Assembly: GCA_964229765.1 (NCBI GenBank)
Contig: CAXREJ010000053.1
Coordinates: forward strand, 1,359 to 65,358
Length of the DNA stretch: 64,000 nt
Direction of reading: 5' to 3'
Source: Bdellovibrionales bacterium
GTDB taxonomy: Bacteria; Bdellovibrionota; Bdellovibrionia; Bdellovibrionales; JAGQZY01
Positions 46,703-56,356 of the stretch are shown in pieces. The notes below the pieces were generated by a model, which made no database searches, was not told where the DNA came from, and saw nothing but the letters and a program-made list of their open reading frames with translations. Position numbers and translations under genes: made by a program. Every line of letters begins with the position of its first letter. Position 1 is the stretch's first letter.

Positions 46703-47653
46703 TTAATCAAAGGTTTTTACTGAGGCTTCAATATTTTCTTTGATTTCAGATAAGCTTTTTAGTTGCATTGGATCAATGTGCAATTTCTCCAATGAAAAAA
46801 AGCTTAAGTTAATCGTTTTAGCATTTTTATTCAAAATGGGTATATTAAACCAGCCCTTGAATCCAAAGTTACGAGAAAAGTTAAAAAAGGGATAACTGCG
46901 GTCGATAGTGGTGTTTTCTGACCATTGAATTTGGTGATTGTCGAAAGTATCTAACTTATTGGAAAACAATTTAATATCCTCAGTGAGAGGTTTGGTGAAG
47001 TCAGTATTGTCTATTCCTGTTTGATTGTGCATATCAGGACATAGATTGATGTAGTCCTTGCCCGACTCAAAGACAATTGCTAATTGTGATTGATATTGTT
47101 GAGCGAGTTCTCCAACATAGCTTTTGAGACTGGTTTCAATGTCCTTATTTTCGATTTTGGATTTCAATATTAATTGTAGAATTTTATTGTTTAAGCTCAG
47201 TCCTTCCAGTTGTGTTTGTAAGTTTCTTTTTTGAGAACTTTCTCTAATAAAAGAGTAAAAGTAAGGTTCTTTTTTATTGAATGTTTGTCGGATGACCATT
47301 TCAATTGGAATTTTTTTACCTTCTTTATGAAGTGCTGTTAAATCTAGAAATTTATTAATAACTCTTGATTCGTTGGTTTCTACCATTCTCTTCATACCAT
47401 TGATATGAAGGGCTCTGTATTCTAATGGAATGATGGTTTCGGCAATGGATTGCCCAATCACTTCAGAAGCTTTCCAGCCAAAGATCTTTTCCGATTGTTC
47501 GTCCCAATGAATGATGGTTCCGTTTTTACAACAACCAATAACGGCATCGGGAACTAAGTTAAGAATTTTGCGATCGTCTGGTTTTGATCCAAAAAGAGTT
47601 TTTTTAGATGAGTAAAAGGAGTCTTTCAGACGTAGTATTGAGTCTAAATTCAT
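46703..47653 (-). CDS. PAS-domain protein without recognisable output domain
   Basis: 316 aa. The PAS core is DAVIGCCKNGTIIHWDEQSEKIFGWKASEVIGQSI...HKEGKKIPIEMVI. Confidence 0.65.
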   Translation of the reverse strand: MNLDSILRLKDSFYSSKKTLFGSKPDDRKILNLVPDAVIGCCKNGTIIHWDEQSEKIFGWKASEVIGQSIAETIIPLEYRALHINGMKRMVETNESRVINKFLDLTALHKEGKKIPIEMVIRQTFNKKEPYFYSFIRESSQKRNLQTQLEGLSLNNKILQLILKSKIENKDIETSLKSYVGELAQQYQSQLAIVFESGKDYINLCPDMHNQTGIDNTDFTKPLTEDIKLFSNKLDTFDNHQIQWSENTTIDRSYPFFNFSRNFGFKGWFNIPILNKNAKTINLSFFSLEKLHIDPMQLKSLSEIKENIEASVKTFD

Positions 47654-47945
47654 GTGTTCACTCCTTAATTTATATTTTTTAGATTATGCCTTAATTTTAG
47701 TGAGTTTTTAAAATAAAACAAGGGAGTAAAACTCTTATTTTTTTATAATATTTTAAAGTATGTGACTTAAAAAAACTCAATGACCATTTAGAGTGGAGAT
47801 GAGAAGTTTTACTAAAAAAACATCGATTTTTTTAATTTATGGTGGACTATTCTTTTACTAGAAGTTTCGATTAGCGAAAGAATAGTTTTTAACACGTTGC
47901 TTTTTACCTACCTCGATGGCTTTAAAAGCGTCATGATAGGCGCCA

Positions 47946-49232
47946 ATGGATGATTTACTAGCGGCTCGTCTTTCCATGGGCTTTTCCTTAGGATTTCACA
48001 TTATTTTTGCTGCCATTGGTATGACAATGCCATTTTTAATGTCAGTAGCTCATTACAAGTATTTAAAGACAAAAGACGAAGCCTATTTAAAACTGACCAA
48101 AATGTGGATGAAAGGTGTTGCCATTCTTTTCGCTGTTGGTGCGGTATCTGGAACTGTATTAAGTTTTGAACTGGGTCTTTTGTGGCCTGAGTTTATGAAG
48201 TGGGCAGGGCCCATCATTGGTATGCCTTTTTCATGGGAAGGGACGGCTTTTTTTATTGAGGCTGTTGCCCTGGGTCTTTTTCTTTATGGTTGGAATAGAA
48301 TGAATCCCTGGATTCATTGGATGACAGGTTTGATTGTTGGGATTTCTGGTTTTGCCTCTGGAATATTTGTGGTGGCAGCTAATGCATGGATGAATGCTCC
48401 TCAAGGTTTTAAAGTGGAGCAGGGACAAGTCGTTGGAATTGAGCCATTAACAGCGATGTTTAATCCGGCTTGGTTTCATCAGAGTTTGCACATGCAAGTG
48501 GCTGCATTGCAAGCCGTTGGTTTGGCTGTTGCTGGGGTCCACGCCTATCTCCTTCTTAAAAAAAGAAATAAGAGCATTCATCAGAAAGCCTTCCTCATTG
48601 CAATGACCATGGCAGCGAGTTGCTCATTGATTCAACCTCTTGTCGGTCATTTTAGTGCGCAGAGAGTGGCCGTCTTACAGCCTGTTAAGCTAGCCGCTAT
48701 GGAAGGTCATTTTGAAACATCCTCACAGGCGCCACTTTATATTGGTGGTTTCCCCGATGAAGAAAAAGGGGAGATGGTAGGGGCCATCCCTATTCCTGGA
48801 TTGCTCAGCTTTTTAGCTTTCAATGACTTTGAAGCAGAAGTTAAAGGTCTTAATGATTTTCCAAAAGAAAATTGGCCACCTGTGATGGTTGTTCATATCT
48901 CTTTTCAGATTATGGTGGCTATCGGTACTTTGTTATCATTATGGGCTCTTATTTATTTTTTTCTTTTAATTTTTAGAAAAAAATATCCCCCCTGGTTTTT
49001 GAAGATAACAGTTATATTTTCTCCTTTAGGGTTTATTGCCATTGAATCGGGTTGGATTACCACCGAAGTGGGAAGGCAGCCCTGGATTATTTATGAATGG
49101 ATGAAGGCAGAGGAAGCGCTGACATCAGTTCCTGGTATGACATATCACTTTTATATCTTTTTAGTCTTGTATCTATTTTTAGCTTTTATGACGGCTTGGC
49201 TTTTAAAGAGATTGGTGACTTATTATGGTTGA
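47946..49232 (+). CDS. cydA: Cytochrome bd-type quinol oxidase subunit I (short-Q-loop type)
   Basis: 428 aa. N-terminus LSMGFSLGFHIIFAAIGMTMPF and C-terminal GWITTEVGRQPW motif. Confidence 0.9.
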   Translation: MDDLLAARLSMGFSLGFHIIFAAIGMTMPFLMSVAHYKYLKTKDEAYLKLTKMWMKGVAILFAVGAVSGTVLSFELGLLWPEFMKWAGPIIGMPFSWEGTAFFIEAVALGLFLYGWNRMNPWIHWMTGLIVGISGFASGIFVVAANAWMNAPQGFKVEQGQVVGIEPLTAMFNPAWFHQSLHMQVAALQAVGLAVAGVHAYLLLKKRNKSIHQKAFLIAMTMAASCSLIQPLVGHFSAQRVAVLQPVKLAAMEGHFETSSQAPLYIGGFPDEEKGEMVGAIPIPGLLSFLAFNDFEAEVKGLNDFPKENWPPVMVVHISFQIMVAIGTLLSLWALIYFFLLIFRKKYPPWFLKITVIFSPLGFIAIESGWITTEVGRQPWIIYEWMKAEEALTSVPGMTYHFYIFLVLYLFLAFMTAWLLKRLVTYYG

Positions 49233-50241
49233 TCTCTATGTTAATATTCTGATCTTCTTTATTTCCGCTTCAGCTATTCTTTATGTTGCTTTAGGTGGTG
49301 CTGATTTTGGAGCGGGTATTTTAGAGTGGATAGTTCCAAAAGAGTTAAAAGAGGCACAACAAAATGTAATCAATAAAGCCATGGGGCCCGTTTGGGAAGC
49401 TAATCATATGTGGCTTATTATTCTTGTTGTTATTTTATTTATGGGTTTTCCTAAAGCCTTTCATGTGATTGTTGTATCATTACACTTTCCTCTTGTCGCA
49501 CTGTTGGTTGGAATTGTTTTGAGAGGATGTGCTTTTACATTTCGTCACTATGATGCTGTGAAAGATGAAACGAGTCAAAAGGCCTATAGTTTTTTCTTTT
49601 CCCTCTCTAGTGTTTGGTCCTCGATTTGGTTAGGAGTGATTGCGGCCAGTTTAACCAGAGGACTTTTGCATGCTAAGGGCCAAGATCCCTACGAGATCTA
49701 TTTGGAGCCTTGGTTTGGCCTGTTTCCTTTTTTAATGGGATTATTCACGCTAACAATTTTTACATTTTTAGCTTGCTCCTACCTCATAGGGGAGACAAGG
49801 GATGAAAGGTTAAAAAGTTATTATCAAAAATTGGTTCCAATATTGAATATTGGTGTGGTGCTTTTAGGTGGTTTGGTTTTTCTTAGCTCCTATTTAGAGC
49901 CCACACAGTTTATGAACTCTTTTTTTACATCTCCTTTTTCTTTAGCTTGCTTATTTTTGGCTTCTGTTTTGTTTTATTTTATCTGGTTTTATTTCAAATA
50001 CTTTTCATTTTGGATGGTGAGAGTTGTTGCCGCTGCGCAAGTGTCCCTCATCCTTATGGGGTGGTTTTTTGTCCATTGGCCAAACCTCATTGAGACGAAA
50101 GAGGGTGGCTTGAGCTTTTATGAAGCGGCCGCTCCAGAACCGACATTGAAGCAATTGGTGTTGGCATTAGTGATAGGAAGTTTTTTTATATTCCCTAGTT
50201 TGTTTTATTTGCTGAATATTTTTAAATCGAAACAAGCTTGA
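49225..50241 (+). CDS. cydB: Cytochrome bd-type quinol oxidase subunit II
   Basis: 338 aa polytopic protein. 8-nt overlap with cydA. GADFGAGILE and WEANHMWL motifs. Confidence 0.9.
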   Translation: MVDLYVNILIFFISASAILYVALGGADFGAGILEWIVPKELKEAQQNVINKAMGPVWEANHMWLIILVVILFMGFPKAFHVIVVSLHFPLVALLVGIVLRGCAFTFRHYDAVKDETSQKAYSFFFSLSSVWSSIWLGVIAASLTRGLLHAKGQDPYEIYLEPWFGLFPFLMGLFTLTIFTFLACSYLIGETRDERLKSYYQKLVPILNIGVVLLGGLVFLSSYLEPTQFMNSFFTSPFSLACLFLASVLFYFIWFYFKYFSFWMVRVVAAAQVSLILMGWFFVHWPNLIETKEGGLSFYEAAAPEPTLKQLVLALVIGSFFIFPSLFYLLNIFKSKQA

Positions 50242-50273
50242 CCTGCACTTTTGACTTGCTTAAGTAAGCCATA

Positions 50274-50308
50274 AAGTCATCCTATTGAAATCAAAAAGGA
50301 TGACTTTG
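50274..50308 (+). terminator. Hairpin after cydB (11-bp perfect stem), weak U-tract
   Basis: aaagtcatcct (50274-50284) pairs with aggatgacttt (50298-50308). Confidence 0.45.
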
Positions 50309-50467
50309 AATTTCAACAAAAGGTGTTCATTTTTTGCGCAATTCCTTTGAAAATAATAACTGGCCTTGGAAATCATGGGTGTATTCAAATATTTGCGTCG
50401 CGTCAGTGAGTGAAATTCCAAAAAAACAAGGCCATCATCTTTTTATTGATAATAAGGAGAACAACCT

Positions 50468-51187
50468 ATGAAATACATGATCGTATTGATTGCAGCACTA
50501 GGACTCTTAAGCCTTTCCGCGTGTGACAAAATGAAATCGGGTGCCAACCCCAGTCTTAAAACAGACGATGATAAAACGGTTTATGCCATCGGTATGGATG
50601 TTGGATCAAAAATGAAGACTCTCAATCTTTCAGATAATGAGTTAGCCATTTTAAAAATGGGAATCACTGACGGTGCTAAGGGTAATGAAGGAAAAGTTGA
50701 CCCGCGTGAGTATATTCCAAAAGTGGGCGAGCTTATTAAAAATCGCCAAAAGGTTGTCGCTGATAAAGAGAAAAAAGAAGCCATCGCGTTTTTAGAAAAA
50801 GCAGGTAAAACGGAGGGTGCAGAGAAAACAGAATCGGGACTCATCATAGTTATGAAAGAAGACGGTGAAGGTAAGAATCCAGAACCTAGCGATCGCGTTA
50901 AAGTGAACTACCATGGAACCTTAAGAGATGGATCGGTATTTGATTCGACTAAAGAAAGAGGTCAACCGGCCACTTTTCGTTTAGATAGAGTGATTAAGTG
51001 TTGGCAAGAAGGGGTTCAGAAAATGAAGCCTGGTTCTAAAGCTGACTTTTATTGCCCATCTGAGATTGCCTACGGAGACCGTGGTGCACCACCTAAAATT
51101 CCAGGAGGAGCGGCTCTTAAATTTGAAGTTGAACTTCTTGAGATTGTAAAAGATGAGCCAGCTAAAAAAGGCGCAAAGAAGAAATAG
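50468..51187 (+). CDS. FKBP-type peptidyl-prolyl isomerase lipoprotein (FkpA/Mip-like)
   Basis: Lipobox LSLSAC. FKBP core is VKVNYHGTLRDGSVFDST...YGDRGAPPKIPGGAALKFEVELLEI. Confidence 0.85.
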   Translation: MKYMIVLIAALGLLSLSACDKMKSGANPSLKTDDDKTVYAIGMDVGSKMKTLNLSDNELAILKMGITDGAKGNEGKVDPREYIPKVGELIKNRQKVVADKEKKEAIAFLEKAGKTEGAEKTESGLIIVMKEDGEGKNPEPSDRVKVNYHGTLRDGSVFDSTKERGQPATFRLDRVIKCWQEGVQKMKPGSKADFYCPSEIAYGDRGAPPKIPGGAALKFEVELLEIVKDEPAKKGAKKK

Positions 51188-51213
51188 TATTTCATTCCAT
51201 TCTTACTAAACTC

Positions 51214-51243
51214 AAAAGCCCGTTTCTCACGGGCTTTTTTTTT
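51214..51243. terminator. Bidirectional rho-independent terminator (aaaagcccg...cgggcttttttttt)
   Basis: GC stem gcccg/cgggc, flanked by A4 and T9, between convergent genes. Confidence 0.8.
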
Positions 51244-51266
51244 AGGTACTGAAATTTAATAAAGTT

Positions 51267-51557
51267 CTAATCAGGGTATCTTACCTTGATTTTTTCAGTG
51301 GTGGGGCGAGCACAACAAGTGAGAATTTCTCCTGATTCGATCTCATCATCAGTGAGTGCTTCCGCATCTTCCATTTCAACGTTTCCTTCAACAACAGTGG
51401 CTTGGCATGAGTTACAAGTGCCGGACATGCAGGCATAAGGAGCGTCAATGTCATTGCGTAAGGCAGCATCTAAGATGGATTCATCATCTTCGATCTCAAA
51501 TTCAAATACATCTCCATAAAGCTCAATGGTGACTTCTTTTCCCACTTCTTCCTCCAT
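51267..51557 (-). CDS. Plant-type [2Fe-2S] ferredoxin
   Basis: CMSGTCNSC (C-x4-C-x2-C) plus the distal Cys in ILTCCARP. The ATG at 51557 gives 96 aa. The track start 51632 is TTG with no RBS. Confidence 0.75.
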   Translation of the reverse strand: MEEEVGKEVTIELYGDVFEFEIEDDESILDAALRNDIDAPYACMSGTCNSCQATVVEGNVEMEDAEALTDDEIESGEILTCCARPTTEKIKVRYPD

Positions 51558-51651
51558 AAAGAGTTTATTCTTAATAGAATCCGAAAGTAAATGCACCTTG
51601 TTAGAGCGATAACAAGGTGCATTTATAGCCAAGCTTTGCTTTTATTCCAAT

Positions 51652-52506
51652 ATGCAAAAAGCAGTTTGGCTCCTCATTGTTGCAACCAGTTTGTACTCAT
51701 TAATTAATGTGGGGGTGAAATTATTAGATTCTCTACCGGCTTCTCAGATTGTGGTTTTTCGAGCGTTTATTTCAGCTCTCATTTGTTCATTTTATATCTG
51801 GAAAAAAAAGATTTCTTTTTTGGGAAACAATAAAAGAGTTCTTTTCCTGCGGGGATTGTTTGGAACCATTGCCTTACTTTCCCTTTTTACCTGTTTGCAG
51901 AAAATTCCACTCGCTGTGGCGATGACATTGATTAATTTATCGCCGATCTTAACAGTGGTTATTGCTCATTTTTATTTGAAAGAAAAAGCGAATCTTTCCC
52001 AATGGGTGTTTCTTCTGGTCTCATTTGTGGGTGTTTTTATGGTTAGGGGAGAGGTGGCCCCTGTGCCCTGGGTGTGGATGTTGCTAGGATTATTAGCCGC
52101 TTTTTTTGCAGCTCTTGCCTATACATGTGTGAGAAAGTTGCGTACGACAGAAGATCCTTTGGTGGTTATTCTTTATTTCCCTCTGGTAACAGTGCCGATG
52201 ATAGGTCCCATCATGGTTTATGAGTGGCAAACTCCTATCGGAATACAGTGGATTATTTTACTGGGAATAGGTTGTCTGACACAGTTGGCTCAGTACTGTA
52301 TGACACTGGCTTATCAGTTAGAGTCCGCGGCTAAAGTGATGGTCTTTAACTATACTGGCCTTTTTTGGGGTGTTTTACTCGGTTGGGTTATTTTCAACGA
52401 AAAGTTAAGCTATTTGCAAATATGTGGAGTTCTGCTGGTGTTCTTCTGCTTGTGTGGAAATTATTTAGTATCAAGGCGCCCAATCCTTTTGAGGAGAGTG
52501 AAATGA
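51652..52506 (+). CDS. EamA/DMT-family transporter
   Basis: 284 aa, about 10 TM helices, two EamA-like halves. Confidence 0.75.
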   Translation: MQKAVWLLIVATSLYSLINVGVKLLDSLPASQIVVFRAFISALICSFYIWKKKISFLGNNKRVLFLRGLFGTIALLSLFTCLQKIPLAVAMTLINLSPILTVVIAHFYLKEKANLSQWVFLLVSFVGVFMVRGEVAPVPWVWMLLGLLAAFFAALAYTCVRKLRTTEDPLVVILYFPLVTVPMIGPIMVYEWQTPIGIQWIILLGIGCLTQLAQYCMTLAYQLESAAKVMVFNYTGLFWGVLLGWVIFNEKLSYLQICGVLLVFFCLCGNYLVSRRPILLRRVK

Positions 52507-52937
52507 GTCAGTACCAATTGAGTGAGGATCAGATTCTCAGGCTTCAAAAAGAGTGTCGCTATCAATATTCGAGAAGCTCTGGGCCAGGAGGACAAAAGGT
52601 AAATAAAACAGAAACTCGTGTCGAGTTGATGTGGTCCTATAATAATTCATCCCTCTTTAATGAGGAAGAGAAGCGTCGGATTTATCAAAATTTATCAAAT
52701 AGAATTTCAAAAGACTTTCTCTTAACTTTTAGTAGCGATCGTTATCGAACAAGGCCACAGAATCAAGATCATTGCCTTAGAAAATTGATTTCTTCTATTG
52801 AGAAGTCTCTTTCTGTAGCTAAAAAACGAAAAAAGACAAAACCCACTTTTTCTTCCATAAAAAAGAGAATTGAAAATAAGAAACAGCAAGGAGAGAAGAA
52901 GAAAAGTCGTCAGAAAAATTGGAAAAAAGACTTCTAA
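52503..52937 (+). CDS. arfB: Alternative ribosome-rescue factor ArfB (GGQ peptidyl-tRNA hydrolase)
   Basis: 144 aa from ATG 52503 (ATGA overlap with the EamA stop). SSGPGGQKVNKTETRVEL plus a basic C-terminal tail. Confidence 0.8.
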   Translation: MSQYQLSEDQILRLQKECRYQYSRSSGPGGQKVNKTETRVELMWSYNNSSLFNEEEKRRIYQNLSNRISKDFLLTFSSDRYRTRPQNQDHCLRKLISSIEKSLSVAKKRKKTKPTFSSIKKRIENKKQQGEKKKSRQKNWKKDF

Positions 52938-53019
52938 TGACTTTAATCTATTGGAAGAAAGTATTCTGACACGACACTTCTCTACTGGCCTCTGGCTCAA
53001 TTAGAGTTAATATAAGTTT

Positions 53020-53250
53020 ATGAGTAAATTATTTTTAATTGCAGTTTTCTTTCTTGTTGGTTGTTCGAGCCATCCTGAGCCAAGAACACAAAGACAGGTG
53101 GACTGTAAATATTGGTTACAACAGTGCCATATGAAAGCTCGCAACTATTGTCGAAGTGGATACACCGTGGTGAGAAGTGTAAGGATGGACCGTGTAGGTG
53201 GACCACAGGGAACCTACAAAGAGTTTAAAATGCTCTTTACCTGTAATTAA
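53020..53250 (+). CDS. Small lipoprotein
   Basis: 76 aa. Lipobox FFLVGCSS. Four further Cys. Confidence 0.55.
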   Translation: MSKLFLIAVFFLVGCSSHPEPRTQRQVDCKYWLQQCHMKARNYCRSGYTVVRSVRMDRVGGPQGTYKEFKMLFTCN

Positions 53251-53321
53251 TTACTAAAATGACTTTAATGAATTGAGTTCTTAACAATCTTTGTTCTGTG
53301 GCCATAGTTCTTGAATTCTAC

Positions 53322-53969
53322 TTATCGAATTTCAATTTCTGTGATTTCAAGGGTAAATTGACTGTTGAGTTGATCCCCGTCGCTGCCGACCCAAATCCCA
53401 ATAACATTTAAGGGACTGGAGAGTTGTTTTTCTATTGTAAACTCGCCCTCGGACTGCAAGTGGGTGATGCAAGTTTGCTGGAGAATTTCATTCATGTAGT
53501 GTGAACTTCTTTGATCTACATCTTCTCTGCTGAGACAGGTGGTAAAGAACTCCACATTTTTGACTCCATAGGGGTCAGGAATTTGATTTTCCATTTTGAT
53601 AAGCCACTGGGGTGCGAGCTGCCTTTGGAACCAGTTGAGTTTCTGATCCCCTTTTGTAATCAGTCCCACTCTGAGTACATAGTCATCGGTGTCTTTTCTT
53701 CCTTGTTTCTTATTTTTTGGTAGTTGCGGGAGCGAGCCTATGAGTTTCGCTTTAATTTTTAAGTGGTTTACTTTTTTGGGGGCTTTAAAGGCATGGATAA
53801 TAGGGGAGGCTGATTTTTCAACAACAATGGATAGACGTTTTCTATCATAAGTGATTTTGTTTTGTGGGACGCCATTGAAAATGTACTGTTTCCATTGGGA
53901 CTCAGGGGCCAGTGGAATTAATACTCCCACTCCGAAATTAATCAGAGACTTTCGATTAAAGCTTATCAA
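53322..53969 (-). CDS. Hypothetical protein
   Basis: 215 aa ORF. 14-nt overlap with the upstream small ORF. No family recognised. Confidence 0.5.
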   Translation of the reverse strand: MISFNRKSLINFGVGVLIPLAPESQWKQYIFNGVPQNKITYDRKRLSIVVEKSASPIIHAFKAPKKVNHLKIKAKLIGSLPQLPKNKKQGRKDTDDYVLRVGLITKGDQKLNWFQRQLAPQWLIKMENQIPDPYGVKNVEFFTTCLSREDVDQRSSHYMNEILQQTCITHLQSEGEFTIEKQLSSPLNVIGIWVGSDGDQLNSQFTLEITEIEIR

Positions 53970-54195
53970 TTTGATTAAGAGTCCACAGTTTGGTTTCTTC
54001 GAGCTGATGATTGGGGTGGTACTGGATATACCATTTCATAAAAAAAAGTTGTTTTTCTTGTTCTTCTGATAGGGAATTATTTTCTGAGTACCGATTTAAA
54101 TATGTGATCGTTTTTCTTTTAAAATCCCCATAATCCTTGACGACAATTGATTGAACAGAGTTTTTTAAATCGGTATGGGTTTTGATTTCTGTCAT
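53956..54195 (-). CDS. Hypothetical small protein
   Basis: 79 aa, co-oriented with and overlapping the downstream gene. Confidence 0.4.
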   Translation of the reverse strand: MTEIKTHTDLKNSVQSIVVKDYGDFKRKTITYLNRYSENNSLSEEQEKQLFFMKWYIQYHPNHQLEETKLWTLNQIDKL

Positions 54196-54324
54196 TTTTA
54201 CCTCAATTGAAAATCAACACTGCCAGAATAGCTTTAGAGTGGCAAGAATCACCTCATTTTGACGAGTTGAGCAATGCCTCAAGTTCGTCATTCAAGCAAT
54301 ATGGGACTTGTTCAAGGAGACCTC

Positions 54325-56142
54325 ATGACTCGATTCAATATTATTCTTTTTTCGGTGCTGACATTTTTATTGGCTTGTTCTCCGACACGTCCACAGCTTA
54401 AAGGAAAGACGGAGCTTGAAAAGCTTAATCACTTTTATGAGTGGAGCTACAATCAATGGTTGGATCGTAGTCCAGAAGATTTAACTTATTACGGAATTGA
54501 TAGAAAGCAAAATCAACTCAATGATCGCACTGAACAGTATCGTGATGAGAGCCTTGCGATGCTTGAAGAACACTATAAAATATTAAAGACCTTTGATCGT
54601 GATGAGCTAAGTAAGTCTGATAAGCTCAATTACGATGTATTTAAAGCTCATTTAGTAAAAAATATCTCTGATCTGAAATGGGATGATAACATTTACGTTG
54701 TGAATCAGATGTTTGGAGATCAAACAGAGATTGCCGATTTAATGATGAATTTGCATAAGGTCAAAACGACAAAGGATTTAGAAAATTATATTGCTAGACT
54801 CAATCAATTTAAATCGACATTGGGAGAGGTTGTAACGCAATCGATGCGATCAGAATCCAAAGGGATTGTGCCGCCAAAGTTTGTATTTCCGATGGTGATT
54901 TCAGATTCACGCAATATTATTACGGGACAGCCATTTGATAAATCTAAAAAAGACTCGCCTCTTTATGATGATTTTAAGAAAAAAATAAATTCTCTTAAGT
55001 TAAATAAGGATTTGAAAGAAAAATATATAGAAAGAGCCAAAGAGGCTTTGGTGAATTCGGTCAAGCCAGGTTACGAGCAATTGATTGCTTTTTTAGTAGA
55101 ACAAGAAAAAAGGGCGACCAAGGACGATGGAGTTTGGAAGTTTCCAAATGGTAAAGAATTTTATAAAGCACGACTTAAAAGAATGACGACCACCAACTTA
55201 ACGCCCGAAGAGATACATAAGACAGGGCTTGAAAACGTCAAACGCATTCATCAGGAAATGAATGAGATTCGGAAGAAAGTAGGTTTTAAAGGGGATCTAC
55301 AAGCTTTTTTTCAGCATATGAAAACCAATCAGCGGTTTTTTTATCCCAATACTCAAGCTGGTAAGAAAAAATATTTAAACAAAGCTAAAAATTTGATTGC
55401 AACCATGCGCTCAAGTCTTGATCGCTTCTTTATAACAAAACCAAAAGCACCCATTGAAGTGAGAGCAGTTGAGGCCTATAGGGAAAAGAGTGCCGGACTG
55501 GCTTTCTATCAATCTCCGTCAATGGATGGTTCGAGACCTGGAGCCTATTATGTGAATCTTGTGAACATGAAGGCTGTACCGACATGGGAGGCAGAGGCGC
55601 TAGCATACCATGAAGGAATTCCAGGACATCATATGCAATTATCTATTGCTTTAGAAATGACTGATCAGCCAATTTTTAGAAGAACATCTCACTATACAGC
55701 CTATATTGAGGGTTGGGGACTGTATTCTGAAAAATTTCCTAAAGAGTATGGCTTTTATAAAGATCCTTATGCTGATTTTGGTCGCTTATCAATGGAGTTA
55801 ACAAGGGCTTGTCGCCTTGTTGTGGATACGGGGATTCATTGGAAAAAATGGACTCGCGAACAAGCCATAGCTTATCTTGATAAAAACTTACCCAGTGATC
55901 ATGGCGATAATGTCAGGCAAATCAATCGCTACATCGTGATGCCAGCTCAAGCGACAGCCTATATGACGGGGATGTTAAAGATTTTAGATTTAAGAGGTCG
56001 AGCTATCAAAGCGCTTGGACAAAAGTTTGATATTCGTAAATTCCACGAGGTGATTCTCAAAAGTGGATCGATACCTTTAGACCTCCTTGAGAACCAAGTG
56101 GATGATTACATCCGTGAAGAGCAAGGTGATATTTCTCATTGA
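54325..56142 (+). CDS. DUF885-family lipoprotein (putative metallopeptidase-like)
   Basis: ATG 54325 with AAGGAG 5 nt upstream. Lipobox TFLLACS. HEGIPGHHMQ motif characteristic of DUF885. Confidence 0.8.
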   Translation: MTRFNIILFSVLTFLLACSPTRPQLKGKTELEKLNHFYEWSYNQWLDRSPEDLTYYGIDRKQNQLNDRTEQYRDESLAMLEEHYKILKTFDRDELSKSDKLNYDVFKAHLVKNISDLKWDDNIYVVNQMFGDQTEIADLMMNLHKVKTTKDLENYIARLNQFKSTLGEVVTQSMRSESKGIVPPKFVFPMVISDSRNIITGQPFDKSKKDSPLYDDFKKKINSLKLNKDLKEKYIERAKEALVNSVKPGYEQLIAFLVEQEKRATKDDGVWKFPNGKEFYKARLKRMTTTNLTPEEIHKTGLENVKRIHQEMNEIRKKVGFKGDLQAFFQHMKTNQRFFYPNTQAGKKKYLNKAKNLIATMRSSLDRFFITKPKAPIEVRAVEAYREKSAGLAFYQSPSMDGSRPGAYYVNLVNMKAVPTWEAEALAYHEGIPGHHMQLSIALEMTDQPIFRRTSHYTAYIEGWGLYSEKFPKEYGFYKDPYADFGRLSMELTRACRLVVDTGIHWKKWTREQAIAYLDKNLPSDHGDNVRQINRYIVMPAQATAYMTGMLKILDLRGRAIKALGQKFDIRKFHEVILKSGSIPLDLLENQVDDYIREEQGDISH

Positions 56143-56356
56143 TTGAGAGTATCAGTCCTAACTGAATGTATTATTTTGAAACGTACTCCCTATAAAAAAT
56201 AGCAGCTTTTATAGATTCTTAAAATTATATTGATTTGAGCTTTAATAGGTTAAAAAAAATAAGAAATTTCCCGATAAATAATAGTGTGTGCTTGAACACC
56301 ATCTACATCGACAGAATTGTGGTAGCGTCATTTTAATGTTTTAGGGAGATGGCTAG

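Noticed and set aside
52365-52502. Upstream extension of the arfB ORF (track start 52365)
   Set aside because: It lies inside the EamA coding frame region. The ATG at 52503 gives the canonical ArfB N-terminus and an ATGA overlap with the EamA stop.
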